From Haliotis rufescens (taxonomy: Eukaryota), in contig NW_025963802.1 of the NCBI RefSeq assembly GCF_023055435.1, forward strand, positions 11,408,001 through 11,472,000: a DNA stretch of 64,000 bases, in the 5' to 3' direction. The notes under the pieces were generated by a model. It was given only the letters and a program-made list of their open reading frames with translations. It had not been told where the DNA came from and made no database searches. Positions 37,842-52,411 of this stretch are shown in pieces. The position numbers were made by a program, and so were the translations under genes. Position 1 is the stretch's first letter. Each line of letters opens with the position of its first letter.

Positions 37842-38524
37842 ACAAGCTTAAAATATATTTGTATGGTGACTGAATTTTAGTTCTTACTATAATCACTTTA
37901 TATTCACCCTCATGTCACAGAATGAATGCCTCTATTTCAAATAATGTCATTAATAACGTCTAGATTATATAGACGTGGAAATGAGCAATATGTATAACAT
38001 GTGGAAAACGAACTGGTGAAACTAGCCGCTCCGGATCCGAATTCAGTATTTACTTAGCTCTTGTTCAGCGTATTCAGAGTGCATGGCCAAGATATGTGAC
38101 ATGTTAAATGTAAGTATCTTTCTCACTGATTTTGTTCTAGGTGGGTACTACACAATTAAGATAGTTAACGGTCTTAGGATCGTAGGTCTGAACACAGTGT
38201 TCTACTATACCGCGGACAGACTGACCCGTCATTTACCTGACCCAGCTGGTCAGTTCACCTGGCTGGACGGGGTACTACAAGACGCCAGGAACGCTGGAGA
38301 GAAGGTATAACTTGCATAATTACACAGTTGTGTTTGTTTGTTTGTTGTTTCACGCCGCACTCAGCAATGTTCCAGCTATATGACGGCGGTCTCTAAATAA
38401 TCGAGTATTATTTACAGATCACCGTTATATAACTGGGGCGTTAAACAGCATAGGCTCTTCTTTAAACTGGAGCGCTGTAGCTATTTCAAATAGAGATGAT
38501 ATACATAGGTCGATCAAACCATCT

Positions 38525-38795
38525 GTTTGTTTGTTTGTAGTTTAACGCCGCACTCAGCAATATTCCAGCTATATGACGGCGTCTGTAAATAATCAAGTCT
38601 GGACCAGACAATCCAGTGACTGGCATCATGAGCATCGACCTACGCAATTGGGATACGATGACATGCATCAACCAAGTCAGCTAGTCTGACCACCCGCTCC
38701 CGTTAGTCGCCTCTTGCTCCCGTTAGTCGACAAACATAGTCGCCTTTTACGGCAAGCATGGGTTGCTGAAGACCTTTTCTACCCCGGATCTTCTA
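38525..38795 (-). mobile_element. Nin-like SINE, reverse
   Basis: Reverse core and tail; an extra tail fragment at ~38330-38400. Confidence 0.8.
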
Positions 38796-39608
38796 CACGG
38801 TTGTGAACGTTGTATAACCGAAGATGAATGACACCATTCCCCTGCTTCCTCTACGCTCTCGAAATTAACAGGTGTCATATACGTACATGTATACATTCAA
38901 ATATATAATTGGTGTCTGCAGCGTACCTGAAAATAATATGTGTGTTCTGTCCGCTCTGAAATAACAGGCATCATATGCATTCCTCCAAATAATTAAGATG
39001 TGTGTTTTACGTTGGCTGATGAATAAGGATTGTTCTTTGTGTTCTCCCAAATAACAGCTGTCCTCTGCACTCCCTCAAATACTGCTCATGGATGTACACA
39101 GTGCGATTCAATTTGCATACTTTATTAGAAAACGCATATGTCCCCTCACTCATGTCTTTGCAGGGTCGTTAATATACGTATCATGTGTTTCTCTCTATTA
39201 CGGATAGCCCATTTGAGTTTAAATGTGACAATAATTGAATCAGACCAGATGTTACAGGAAGTGACAGGAGATGCTCGTTCACAACAAACGTTGCGTTGCG
39301 CTCACGCTGATTGGCTGAAAATATTTCTCTCTTTTGGGTCCATTGGCTTAATCACGCAGGAAAATACAACTTTCGATCGCTGCACGGCAGGGTGGATCGT
39401 AGGGCAACACTGTGTGTTAACGGGCCAGTACGTCGACGGTTCTGAGTGCATGAAATAATTTCCGAGAGTGACATCACACCTTTAGTTCATGCACGATTAA
39501 AATTTTGAAGCCAAAACAATAGGACTCCGACCAGAGAAGCCAACACCCAAGCGCTGAGCAGAATAACTGGCTTTCATTGCGAAAATATAAACGTGAAAAA
39601 CTATTTCC

Positions 39609-42050
39609 TGACAGACAGACAGATAATTTATTAAAGTCTCACCTCGTTAGCTACAAATACTTAAATATTTTCAAGGTATGACAATATGAAGGTGTAGCAC
39701 GAGCCACTCTAAGCAGAGTTATCAGAGACTAAAATTATTGTGTAAAAGCGTGTGACATATAAATACATGAAAAAGATCCTAAAAACGTTAATAACACTCA
39801 TCGTAAATATCATTTGTATAAAGCCCGTGTTCGTTCTAATAAAATTCTGTTGCAGGTTTTGGCAGATGTAAAAATCATTTCTGGGCTGGAAAGTATAAAA
39901 CCTAGCTTCTGGTTATCACTAAAATCGTTAAAATCAGGACAGATTGAATTGCACTTTGAAAGGAGGTGGCATCTGTAAGATTGGTACTGTGGGCAGTGTA
40001 ATAAAACATGTTTTTCTTCCTCAATTGTATCTCTGCATACATAACAAGTTCTTTCTTCAATAGGGGTAACGTCCAGTTTCTATGTGAAGCGGCGCAACTC
40101 CGCACCGGAATCTTGAAAGGGCGCTTCCGTATGACCGCTGAAGCTCACCCAACACATAGGATTCGACTCTATATTCGACTTTAAAAGTGACGTAGGTTCT
40201 CAGCTCATTTCCACCTGTTCCAAGTACGCTATATTTTTGATTGATCAGCTTCATCCAATTTTCTGGGAACTGTTCAAATATCTTTTCCTGAACCGTCCTT
40301 GTGACGTTACATTTGTCATACGTGTAATTAATGTTGTTAAAATGAGATAGTCCAAGTACATCAAACTTCAGATGTATTCTAAAACTTGATTCCGTTTACG
40401 TCGCGCCGCCCACCGATAGGTCCAATTGAGAACTTGATGTGCTAGACGTCCAGGATCCATGGTGCGTAATCTCATGTAAAGGCGTGATACAGAGTCCCAC
40501 TGCCGCACGACGTGGGCAGTCCACCCCATGTCCACCTCCACCGACAGCGGCGTTGGGCGTGTGTTTCCTTACGTTCTGAACGGCTTCAATGCATGACATG
40601 TTGTACGTCCCCCATATTGCTGCACCGTACTCTATTAATGACCATACCATGGAGTCAAATAACTTAGTAAAAGTCTTGTACTGCATACCTCCAAGAGCTT
40701 AATATTTAGATATGAGGAGACCCAGGGATCTACTCGCTGAACTGACTGCTGCTCTGGCCATACGATTATAGTCGAGATGTTCTGTCGAGAGAATGCCCAG
40801 ATAGTTATAGCAATCGACGATCTCCAAGATCTGACCCCCGCACTTGAAAATACAATTAGTCTTCATAGTTGAGGAGCTCCTGAAGTGTACGACTTTGGAC
40901 TTGTCAGTTTTCACAGCCATCGAGTTGGTCTGACACCATATACTCAAGCAATCCAATAGTAGATTTAACTCGGATTCCGACTCCGCAAGTAGGACAATAT
41001 CATCGGCGTATGCAAGTATACCAACAGTCATCTCATCGATAACAACTCCTATGGACGTTTGGTTTATGGTAGCGATAAGGTCATTTATGAAAAGGTTGAA
41101 AAGTACCGGTGATAACATGCATCCCTGCTTTAGTCCACATTTTACATCAAACCATGGTGTTGATCTTCCGTTGAGTCTGACAGAACATTGCACGTTCTTG
41201 TACAGTGATGTAATAGAGTTAAACATTTTACCTTTTATGTGCACTTCAAGCAGTTTAGCCCACATCTTCTGTCTATCAACACAGTCATACGCCTTTCGGA
41301 AGTCTATGAAGGCTGCATATGTTGGCTTCTTAATCGATTTCCGTGTTTCTATGATAGAAGTAATAGTAGAGATATGCTCCGTTAACGTTGTTGATCGTCC
41401 TTTTCTGAAACCGTTCTGGTTATCTTCTAGTATGCCATGATCCTCAACGTATGTTGAAAGACGTTTATTTAAAATGCTGCAATAAATCTTGTAAGAAGCT
41501 GTCGTAATCGTAAGACCTCTGTATGAGAGTGGGTCACTTCGGTCTTCAGTAGAAGCCTTCGGAATAGGGTTGATGATGCCTTTACCCCAACTGGCAGGGA
41601 TACACCCAGAGTTAAAGCACACTGTGAAGAGTATGTGAAGATATTTAATACACGTGTCATTACATATAACCACCGCAGGGACGTTGTCTACACCACATGC
41701 CTTGTATTTCTTAGCGTGGATTACAGCATACCTTACTTCTTCAATAGAGATAGGCTCACACATCGGTAGTTCAGCATTCTCTAGTTCTTGTGGGGTGGGG
41801 CAGTCACTGGTGACGTTACAGTTCAGAAGTTCAGAGTAACTGTTTCTCCATTTGGACATCGAAATATGAGGCTCAGTACTTTTAGAGCCATCGTCAAGTG
41901 TAACTTCCATCGGGATGTTATTCAATCGTTCACATCCAACTCCTACTTTACAAATTTTCTTCCAAAATTGTCCCATGTCTGTATAACACAGATTCTCTAG
42001 CTCATTAAGTGTAGCCTTCACATATGTCCGTTTAGCTTTCTTACACTGCT
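39609..42050 (-). mobile_element. 5'-truncated LINE (RT domain), disrupted
   Basis: ORF 40699-42021 with QNGFRKGRS, FIDFRKAYD, GLKQGC, LAYADD; stops and frameshifts downstream; 3' end AATAAA+(TCTG)n; empty site at ~56857. Confidence 0.92.
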
Positions 42051-44518
42051 TCCATTCCAGAAACTTACCTCACGGAGAAAGACGAGCAGGGACGAGTAAG
42101 CTTGGGGTTTATCGGGTATTGTTTGCAAACAGGTTCAGTGGTTTTATGAGCAGTTCAACACCAAATTCCTCGACCTCGTCCAGAAGTACGCGGACATCAT
42201 CCCCGGGATGTACTTCGGCCATGACGACGCTGAGGGACTCAAACTGTTACTGAAGAAAGACGGTAGGTCACCAGAGCATGCTGTAATGTGGTTTAGCAAT
42301 TGCATCATTCCTTTGTGATTGCTGTACGGCTGGCCCAGTGTCGTAGATGGCGGGTTACACCCCTTAGACGAGACAGGATTCGTTGCACATTAAATGTTCA
42401 TTGTTCATGGTGACCATACACGTGTTCGTAGGTGTGAAAACCGTGTTAACGTCTTGGATCGGTGTAAACTGGGCTTTACTCTAACATCAGCCTGACATGC
42501 CATAATGTGCCTGATGTGCTGTTCAAATCAGCGGCTGAACTAAATTTGTTGCAGAAAAAAATGTCATCCTAATGCCGAAACTGTATATTTATTATTTACG
42601 CATTTCGTTTGTTTACCGTAAATCGAAAGTAGAAGTAAGAATTGTTTACGTATGCTGCGCCCTGTGTGTTGCCATACCGCTTGCTGCCTACCTATATCCC
42701 ACTTCTTTTTCCTATTTTGATTGGCGTAATTATGTTAAGTCACATAGTTCCCATTGAAGTTACGTCGTTCTTCAAAAATGTATATCCTTATAAATTACAC
42801 AGTTCCATAAGTTCCATTAACAATATGGGTAGTCTTGTAGTCGGTGAGTGCAATTACCCAGAAGAGTTCAACGTTCAAAGTCGATATATTGGTGCTACCC
42901 TCAATAAGAGTCGAAACAGTGGCACAAACGCTGATGTCTGCTTAAATGCCGAGATTCCAATTATTGTCCTTTCACTTCTTCTTTACATGGGGTGTAGCGT
43001 TCATTAAACTGATTCATATCAAGCGTTCATGTGGCCTTTAGGATGTCCGTACACGTATGCTTGGGTTTATTTCAAGCAGCCCTGTTTGAAATCCGGATCA
43101 GATCTAGACTAGGAACCCAAGGGTTGGATGTACCCAGACGTCGTGGGACGTTTTGTATAATATCAACCACTACTTCTCTTGGACATTGCTTGGGTACTTA
43201 CATGCCACCATGACTTAGTTTGAATATTGTTGACACTGAGACAAACAGCACTTAATCAAACTCTCCAATTAAGGCATCCAATGTACACGAAGTAAAATAA
43301 AACACTATTATTTGTAGGTACACCGGGTATTCCGATGTTCATAGCGCCATCGGTGACACCCTGACGCTCCAAGAGCGGAACAGCAAACTTAAGCAATCAT
43401 TACTTGCAAACATGGCATGGGGTATTTTGGATGGTTTTATTTCAGTATCTGTATGACAGGCTTAACTGAAGAAACCTAGACTTGCTAAATGTTTGTTCCA
43501 GTGATTTATGGCAGCTTGCTGCTTGCAGTTAAAACGTTGTTCGTGATATATGTTGTTGACACAAGTTCGATATGACGGGTAATATATGGGTTGACTTTAG
43601 AACTGTGGGAAGGGTTAATATCTATGAAACATTCTTAGGAGAGCGGGGGTTGCTGAAAAAATGGAATTGGACTTTGATTCGTATCGGAAGTACCCAGATG
43701 GATCCCATGAAATAGGTTGAATTACCAGTTTCTAATATGCAGTCACAGAGGTAACCAATCAGTGTTCAGAAATACGTAGAGATATTGCATCAATGATTAT
43801 TTTCACTGCCCGTACAGTCGCTTGTCACGCTCAGTTGCGTTGGCCGGATAATCGACACACGGCAGTTGATGAGCCCTAGCGGACAGGGCAAGACAGGGGA
43901 GTAGAAACCAGATCTTAGTTCTTGTTGACAGCTTTGTAACAGGAAACGTAATTCAATGAACAAACTTGCAAAGCGTCATATGACAGAGTACCCTGGCCGG
44001 AATAAGGTTAAGTATGGACGAGGTATGACCAGGCTTACTTTTTGCATTTCAGCAAAGAAACAATTAAGGTAAACCTTTAGAAAAAGTTTTGAAGATGGAA
44101 AGTTTTGATTTGTTGACATTAATGTGAATTTTTGTAGTTTTTCCAATGTATGGATAACAACATTGAATGATCTGTCAAAAGGGCTGAATTTGAATATTGG
44201 GCTGTGATGAACTCCTTGGTTCGAGTTGATTTCCTTGATGTTATAAATCAAAATAGTTGGATGCTTATCGTTGGATTTTCTCCAAAAGTCTTCAAATCTG
44301 TTCCGATATATCCGATTATTTTTAAAACAATGCTTACAAATTAAGTTTGCATTTGGCTAAAAAGAAACCCTGTCATACAACGTCCTTAGGTAAACGATTT
44401 TTATGTGTCTGTATACTGATTAACACATTTCAGCCTTGATTCAATATCGAAAAGAAATGTTCGCAAAACAGTCAATAATCTACATCGTACCCTGATACTA
44501 TTTTACATTCAAAAGTTT

Positions 44519-46650
44519 TCACAAAGCAACAGGGACCTTTTTTCCAACCATGCTATAGCTGCCCTCCACATCTGAATAGTCTTCCTTGGCTCGTACACCC
44601 TCGTCCCAGGAAATGATCTGAATTCCAACCTTCTTCCATGTAGACTTCAATTCATCTCTCGACATCCCCAAAGTGCCGAACTTCTTTTCTCCCACTGTGT
44701 AGAAAGTTCCTCCCAAACATCCACAGATGACCACGTGGCCACCGGGTTTTAACATTCCGACCATATTCCTGGCGTACCGCTCATAGGAGGCCAAGTCTGT
44801 GGCAACTGCTTCCAGACAGAAGGATGACGTGACGATGTCGACCTGCGGAAGGAAGTTTGGCGAGAAAGGGTTATCGTCCCTGATGTCGCAGTGTAGAATC
44901 CCACAAATCTTGTCTCTAATACTTGCCGCTCTCTCGGGGATATCAGTTTTGCTGTAAACAAAGAAATTGTCACTTATGATTTCGCAAAAAGGTGTGCGTC
45001 TTATGTTCTTCCATTGGCATATGTCACAAATACATGGAAAGGCAAGTCAAGTGCTAAACAGAACAAACACGGGAAAAATTGGCACAAGTTAAAACAGGGA
45101 ATTGCAATGACATAATGATTGATGCTTCAAGTTTGGAATTTTTTTCCAATAAACATTTTGAAAGCATTGCTAAGTCATTGGATGCTGTAACCCTGATCAA
45201 ACAACAAACATCCTAGAAATTCGATTATAAATCACAGTGCCTCCCCGCTAGGCTGAACCCAAGAAGTCTGCAGACCTCGCTTACCTAACGATTACTGTTG
45301 CATGTATACAGAGGAACCTTCCGTACCAATGATTCGGTAAACGAAATTAAAAACGTAGGTGCCTAATTCTAAATCAATCTACAATCACTACGATATAGGC
45401 CCATGTACCTTGAGAACCACTGAACTTGCATTACCCTGTGATAATATTTTCAGTTACTGATAATGACTATTTACGTTTAATCTTCTGATTTGCATATTTT
45501 TTGCATACCTATTAAATCTACGGATTAACTGACTTTAGTTGTCAAAATATTGCCTATTTAATACATATACATTTGATGTAATAAATGATTTTGAAACTGA
45601 GTGAATCATGTAACAGCAATGAATCCGAAAGAAGAGTCTATATTAAGAAATCCTAACTTGCCTTTTCCCTTCTATTTTGAGTACCATTTCAAATATTTTA
45701 TCAAAACTGAATTCCAAAGATCCATCGCGCCATTGCTTTAAGATGTCATTGTTACTCTGGCAGAAGTCTGACAAGAAGATGTTGTCACAATGTTGTGCTG
45801 CGCTAATGACACTGTATATTGTTGGACCTGTCCCAATATCCAAGAGCGTCTTCCCTTTGACAGTACCTGGAACAAAGCATAAGAATAGGTAGTTCTCCCC
45901 TCCACTTTACTACCACAACCATCAGCTATTTTGAACGCACATTGAACTACACTATGTTGTTATTCACGGATTACTAGGATGTACAGGTATGGCGTTAGCA
46001 AGCCCATAAACCTAATCAGATCGATTAAGTGAGTGAGCTAATATTTAACGTCACCATAGCAATATTTCAGCCATATTGTGACTAGAGAAAGTTTAACTTT
46101 AACAAAATCATTAAGTGTACTGTATAAGCATCTGTCGCCGATGGACAGTACAATAACTAGACCATCACATATTTAGATAAAACTTGTTTTAGAGCAAGTA
46201 AAAGAATGAACGACCTTTCAACAACACGGGCTATTGATCGACAGCACCAAGGTAGGCAACCATACAAGGGAACGTGGGGATTTACGCTACTTCTGATCCC
46301 TGCCCGTTTCCAAGCATTTAATTGATCAGGGCAACCCAGATTCGAAGGCACAATCGTTGGCTTCTCGACTCAAAGGAAAGATCGCCCTTGTGCAAGACTC
46401 ATTTCTTTACAAGTACAAAAGAACACAGTGACTGCTTTATTGTAAGCAATCCGACAAGCACAAAATGAGTACATCAACACAAACAAGCAATTTTACCTGA
46501 GTTAAACGCTTTGTGATAATTGGTCAATATGAATGACATTAGGTTCGCAAGGATAGGGCTCGGCTCTGGGTCTTCGAATATTTGTATGTAGTAATCTGGG
46601 TCAAAATCTTTAGCGTAGTCGTCACATAAGGCCATTGCTTCATCTGCCAT
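44519..46650 (-). CDS. NNMT: NNMT/INMT/PNMT-family methyltransferase, copy 2, 263 aa; complement(join(44519-44951,45662-45866,46497-46650))
   Basis: Same exon sizes (154/205/433), GC-AG intron 2 conserved, open frame, about 20 aa differences from copy 1. Confidence 0.9.
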
Positions 46651-49134
46651 TGTTGGTTCCTTTCAGCTACTTCAAACTGAAAGAATAAGACGATTCAATA
46701 CCAATGACATGTAAGAAGCACAAACAAAATTGTACATTCATTTTCCTAACAATTGTTGAAGTTAAAACCGCAGTGATAAGTCAAGACAACACAAATATGG
46801 ATTTCAGGTGCCATTACATACTTGACACGTTTTTTTCATAATACAGTGTAAGTAAATTGCACCATCAATTAGCAAGTTGTCTGTTTTCATCAAAATGTAC
46901 ACGTATATACCTAGTTTGTATAGAATGCACATGCAAACTCCAAATTTCATGGGTTAGCATGTTAGCGTTCCCGCAGACTAACGTGCAAAGTCAGTGCAGA
47001 ACGTGAATTAATTACTAATTCAGTTTATATAGTGTAGGCGAATGAAATATGGACGTTATCTACACCATATCAACTGAATTAAGATGAGTTTTGTGTGGAT
47101 GCGCGGTCAACATGCGTGACAGAGTTAATAAGGTACAGTTTTAGAGGTTATCACGCGAAAGTGTTTGGGGATAGTAAATCTCCTGTATTAGGAATAGAAT
47201 TATTTTTAGCGAACCTTGGCGAGCTAAATATATAGTGTTTATTCCTAATACAGGTTATTTACCGTCCCCAAACACATAAGCGTGATAACCTCTTTATCAT
47301 ATAATGTCATTCTTCAAATCTGTGCTCGAAAAATCTCTTCCCATCCCTCACAAAATTACCTAAACATTGCAAGCGGTCACGGAATGTGCGCATTAACATA
47401 TATTACGTCAGTAGGTAAGTGATATGTCAGTCGGACAGTCAGTTTAGTCCCAAATGAAACTTGTTTCTTATACTAACTGTGGCCTATAACTTCATATAGG
47501 TAAAACAACAACTGCCCACACAAATTGTTTTACTTGCCTTTCGCAGCAATCCATAGGACTTCCCGCTAGAGTAACTGTCCTTTATTAAAGGGAACCTACT
47601 CTTACACTAGTCTAAGAGACGTCACGTTTTTTAGAGTCTGCCTTTTGTGATATAAGGTTACGGGGTGCAGTCAGATGTCCACACAGAGACAAAACGAAAC
47701 AAGGTAACACAGTTCGGTCAAGTCTAACTGTTTTAAATTGGGAAAAAGGTTCCAGGCATTGATACTGCAACTGATCCCACTTAGCTAGAGTCGTCGCGAA
47801 ATTGTTTCGCAATTTACATCTCCAACGTTACCAAAACCTGTAAAATGCCTAAGCTACGTCACAGTTAAACACTGATTTTAATTATTTTAATTAGACTATT
47901 CTTTTGATAATGACAGCAATTATGCCAGTAGTTTCTCCAGATTCCCGATGGTTAATTCTGACTGGATCGCCGAATAATAATGGCGACGCGATATTTGTTT
48001 GTAAGACAGAAAGTAGTCCCTACTTGAACATTGATATTTGCCTCTCTCTCTGCATATGACCCCAACTGATATCGTTTTTATCCGTTGGCCTTCTCCTTCC
48101 GAGAAACCTACCCATTATATGATAAAACCATTTATCCGGTCAAAACATTGATATCTTGTTCGCAACATACAAATTTCTCATTCTAAATATCGCGTTAATG
48201 ACATCAATAAATTATTTTGATTTGATATTTTGATGTGTACACATCGAGTTAGTGATTTGAAAAACTACTTGCTTTTTGTTAATATTAGGAATTCTATGTT
48301 AAGATAAACTATAATCGAATTGTTGATATCAATAAAAAGTAATTTAGAAACCAACACTAGCTTTATATGCAAAGAAATACAAACAGAAGACATGGTTATA
48401 GAGTCTACATTCTTCAAAATGCCTTACCTCTTGGGACTCTGGAGTAAATGGCAACTACACGATATGCCTCAATATATATACATGTACATCACAAAGTAAC
48501 CAAACCCATAAGTATCATATAGCAAGTCTACGATATCCAGTTACATCAATTTTATTTACTGAGTGACAAATGAAACCCTAGCAATCATGTGTTTTTATTT
48601 ACCAAATGCAATATTCATTGTTATTCTTTGTCCCTTTTTCGTTTGTAATTTAAGGACGGGAGCTTTTTACAACAAGACAATATTCTATTATTATATTAAT
48701 TAAATCGACAGCCTGACGGTTCTCCGCGGGTCGGATTGCACCGTCCTCCGCTTTCATGGGAGCCACAGTCGCCCTTCCAAGCCCCCACACACGGACGTGT
48801 AAACACTGTGCGGAGTAGGCCAGGCATAGATGGCTGTTGGAGCGGTAACCTCCCAGTGTGGCCATCGACCTGCTGACCCTACTGAACACAGTGTCCACAC
48901 TGGGAATTGGACAACTGATTACAGCTGATCGTTGGGTCGCTTTCAGTTGGAGATACGTGTAACAACGTGGTAGCCAATTGTGTCTTATTTTCATCAACAG
49001 AGAATGAATACCTAGACATATGCTACCTGATTGTGTATTTGGTAAAAATGCTGCCTGTAGGCATTAAAGTATTGTACATATCTATTTCCACACAATTATG
49101 AATGTACTGTTTATATTCTTCTTCGCTACATCAG

Positions 49135-49379
49135 AGATAACGTGCCTCACATAGAAAACCAGTTCCTCAACCAAAGTCTAAACTTGGAGATCACTGAGAA
49201 GATAACAGACGCCTTAAAGGCGGAGTTTCCAGGCGTCCCAGTTTATGGCATAATGGGAAACCATGACTGGTTTCCAGCTGACCAGTTCCCGGTGCAACAA
49301 GCGTTTCTATATAACGCTACCGCTGAACTCTGGAGAGACTGGATCGGGGACAATCAACAGATTGAGAACTTTAAGAAAG
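49135..49379 (+). pseudogene. SMPDL3: orphan duplicate of SMPDL3-like exon 3
   Basis: 245 nt, intact splice sites, near-identical to 30332-30576; not followed by its own exon 4. Confidence 0.85.
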
Positions 49380-52300
49380 GTAATATCATTTTGAATTCAA
49401 AATGACAGCAATGAGTACAGACACGCCTCATCTAACAATATCTTCTTGTCGAACTGATATATAACACACATGTATAATAAACATCTACATAACAGAGACA
49501 ACATATTCCTGAATCAAAAATGGCCCCATCCCCACCTAAACTTCACGTTATCTTACAATTGCTAAAAAGATGATTAAAATTAGGTAGGATTATACTGTCA
49601 ATTGTACGATTACGACCATATCATGAACACGTGCTTATGAATCACTATCAAATAGTAATGATACTAGGTGTTCGCGAAAGTTGACCGTAACCTGCCCCAC
49701 CGTTGGCACCCGTCACAAACACATGCAAAGGCAAGTCAATTGTTCACCTTGTTAGCATTCGTTAGCGGTTTTAATCCCATTGGAATCCTACATGTGTTTC
49801 ATCAATTCATTTACGATTAAAATTATGATAGAACAAAAAAAGATCCGTCATTACCAAAATGTCTATAATTATAACGAATAATTAAGTCCGGATATTGATA
49901 TTGTTGTTTATGTTGAAGTACATGTACATATAATTTGATAGTCCTTTGTTGAGAAAAACGAAGAAACAGACGAAACATTTATCTCTGTGCAGAGCTCCAA
50001 ATATTCAGTTCCTATCCACACCGGCATGGATGAACCAAATATTCGTTTAGAGCCCCTAGCAATTGTAAGCAGCCTCGTCCCATCCATACTACAAAAGGAC
50101 GGAATGTCCTGGGAGTGTTTAACGTTGGGAAATATCTGCATTACTCTCCACTCATGAAATAAAACTCGGATTCAATGGATCGTAGCATGTGTTGTTTCTC
50201 AAGATTATGGGTTTACTTGGCCATTCTCGGCAAACATTTGAGGCGGTGGGATAACCTAGTTGTTGAAGTGTTGCCTCGTCGCGTCGACGACCCTGTGTCG
50301 ATTCACATGGGTACAATGTGTGACGCCCATTTCTGGTGTCCCCCGCCGTGATATTGCTGGAATGTTACAAGTCAAACACCCACTTCTTAGAGATTTGTCA
50401 AATTAAATGTTCAAATCGTACACTGAATAAGGAAGTACAATGTCATACATTGAAAACTCAATTTATGACCAGTAGGTAGAATTTTGAGATAATTTAGAGC
50501 ATTGTCAAAGTGGGACTGAACACATATTCTCATATCGACATCATATTTTGTTTTGAAATATAACCTTGGTATGATAATGTCCATGAGAAAGACATGAAAC
50601 GCATTCAACGTCAGTTGACACAGACGATGTGTCAACAGCAAAGCATTTTATCACCAAAATAGGTAGATTCTGCTTTTGTAAATGAAAAGAGTTAAACCTA
50701 AATGTGTTGCAGAGGAAAACATAGTTACCAAAATATATATATCAGGCTTGACAAAAAACACAAGAAGATAATATTCTAGCTGCAACGTTTGTAATAATGA
50801 AATCTGTGGGTTCTGTTGTAGGAAGAGAAGCACACCTGGACGCAATACCTCATCGATGTAATTTTGTTGTTTGACCAGGTGAATAGTGTTTTTTTCTGCA
50901 GATAAACGGTGTCTGTGCGTGTTGTTCTATTACATTGGAATTTTGCACGTTAGTAAAATATATGTTAAAAGCTTCCACATCCTTCTCCTAAGTTTTTTAC
51001 TTTATTTTAAGCTTGTCAACTGCTAGGCTTGCTTAGTATGAACAATGTAAATTAGACCCGCCTAGTGCTGTAAATAATTCGTATGTAACCATGCCGTTGT
51101 TGCTAGTGGGTTACTGTTATGTATGGATCCGTGATAAGGACATACATCAAAATGCACTATCCCATATTTTCACATATTTCTTCTTATTCGAGGAAAGTAC
51201 ATATATCAGGAACACCTAGGGGACAGTAANNNNNNNNNNNNNNNNNNNNNNNNNNNNNNNNNNNNNNNNNNNNNNNNNNNNNNNNNNNNNNNNNNNNNNN
51301 NNNNNNNNNNNNNNNNNNNNNNNNNNNNNNNNNNNNNNNNNNNNNNNNNNNNNNNNNTTTCGAAAAATGACATGAGCACTTACATAAAACGACTCAATCA
51401 CCACATTACCTCCTCCATCTATGACTAGATGCTTAGACAATACCTCTCTCACTCATAGATACTATCTTCTGTACAGCGCCGTCATATAGCTGAAATATTG
51501 CGGAGTGCTACCCTCTCCCTCTTTCGTAGGTGTTTAGGCTATAGCTGGCTTTCCAATTCTATTTCATCTTACATAATGATTAAGTGTACATTTTCCCATT
51601 TTCTGTGGATAGAGATTACAGATTCACACTTGGTATTCCTAACCGCCTGCCATTGAACAACGTTCAGCGCTTTACCATCTTATCGCAACATCTGTTCAGG
51701 TTAATTTCCAAATGTCAGCGTTGCTGTTCATCATGTCGTGTATACTCATTTGTAATGCAGTGGGACATTCTTTCTGTGTGACGATTTCAATAACCTCATT
51801 AGAATGTCAAAGTTGACAGAAAAAAGGTAGTTTTAAGAGACAGTGTTGACAGAACGACGATGCAACCAAGTGCACCTGCCGGGTAACAATGTGCAAACGT
51901 TCACATATCAGTGTTGTAGTCTGAACAAAGCTGCTGACATACTGAGATGCACAGAACATCTTGTGGGAGGAAGACCGTCATGATGTGGTGCCGAGGTCTG
52001 CTTGGGATAGTGATACTCGTCACGACGTTAGTTGTGGTGTATCCCCAAGAAGGTATTAGCATATAGAGATGATCGTTTTGAAAACATGACATGATTTTAT
52101 GCAAATAAGGAGACGTTATAACATTGTTTAATAACTGTCAATTTTATAGTTGATTCTGATAATTAAGGTTGAACTGGAAATGTTATGTTGATGCTTATTG
52201 TAGGGTTAGATTAATAACAGTGTTATAGATTCCTTGAATAAAATTGAGAAAACATCATAAAAAGACCATGCATGCACTGGAGCTTGAGGCAGGAAGTATT

Positions 52301-52411
52301 AGGATAATAAATTAGATGGTTATACCTGCAGCGAGAAGCCTTTTATATGCGCACATAAACATAAACTACTGGGCAAACGAAACGTGTCATCTTGTTCAGT
52401 AGCTCCATAGA

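Larger units (their letters stand above)
35689..43383 (+). pseudogene. SMPDL3: SMPDL3-like paralog B pseudogene: exon 2 35689-35880, exon 3 36659-36903, exon 4 38141-38304, partial exon 5 ~42133-42262, partial exon 6 43318-43383
   Basis: Exon 2 has a 1-bp deletion and TAC>TAA; exons 3 and 4 are open but diverged; exon 5 is 5'-truncated with GHDH>GHDD; exon 6 has TGG>TGA and is truncated; no exon 1 found. Confidence 0.88.
43400..49470 (+). repeat. segmental duplicate of ~18350-30665 lacking the LINE
   Basis: Colinear high-identity match including the methyltransferase gene and SMPDL3 exon 3. Confidence 0.92.

Noticed and set aside
36659-38304. E3'/E4' as mutually exclusive alternative exons of the intact gene
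   Set aside because: They lie beyond the terminal exon and polyA signals, and no intact exon 5/6 follows them
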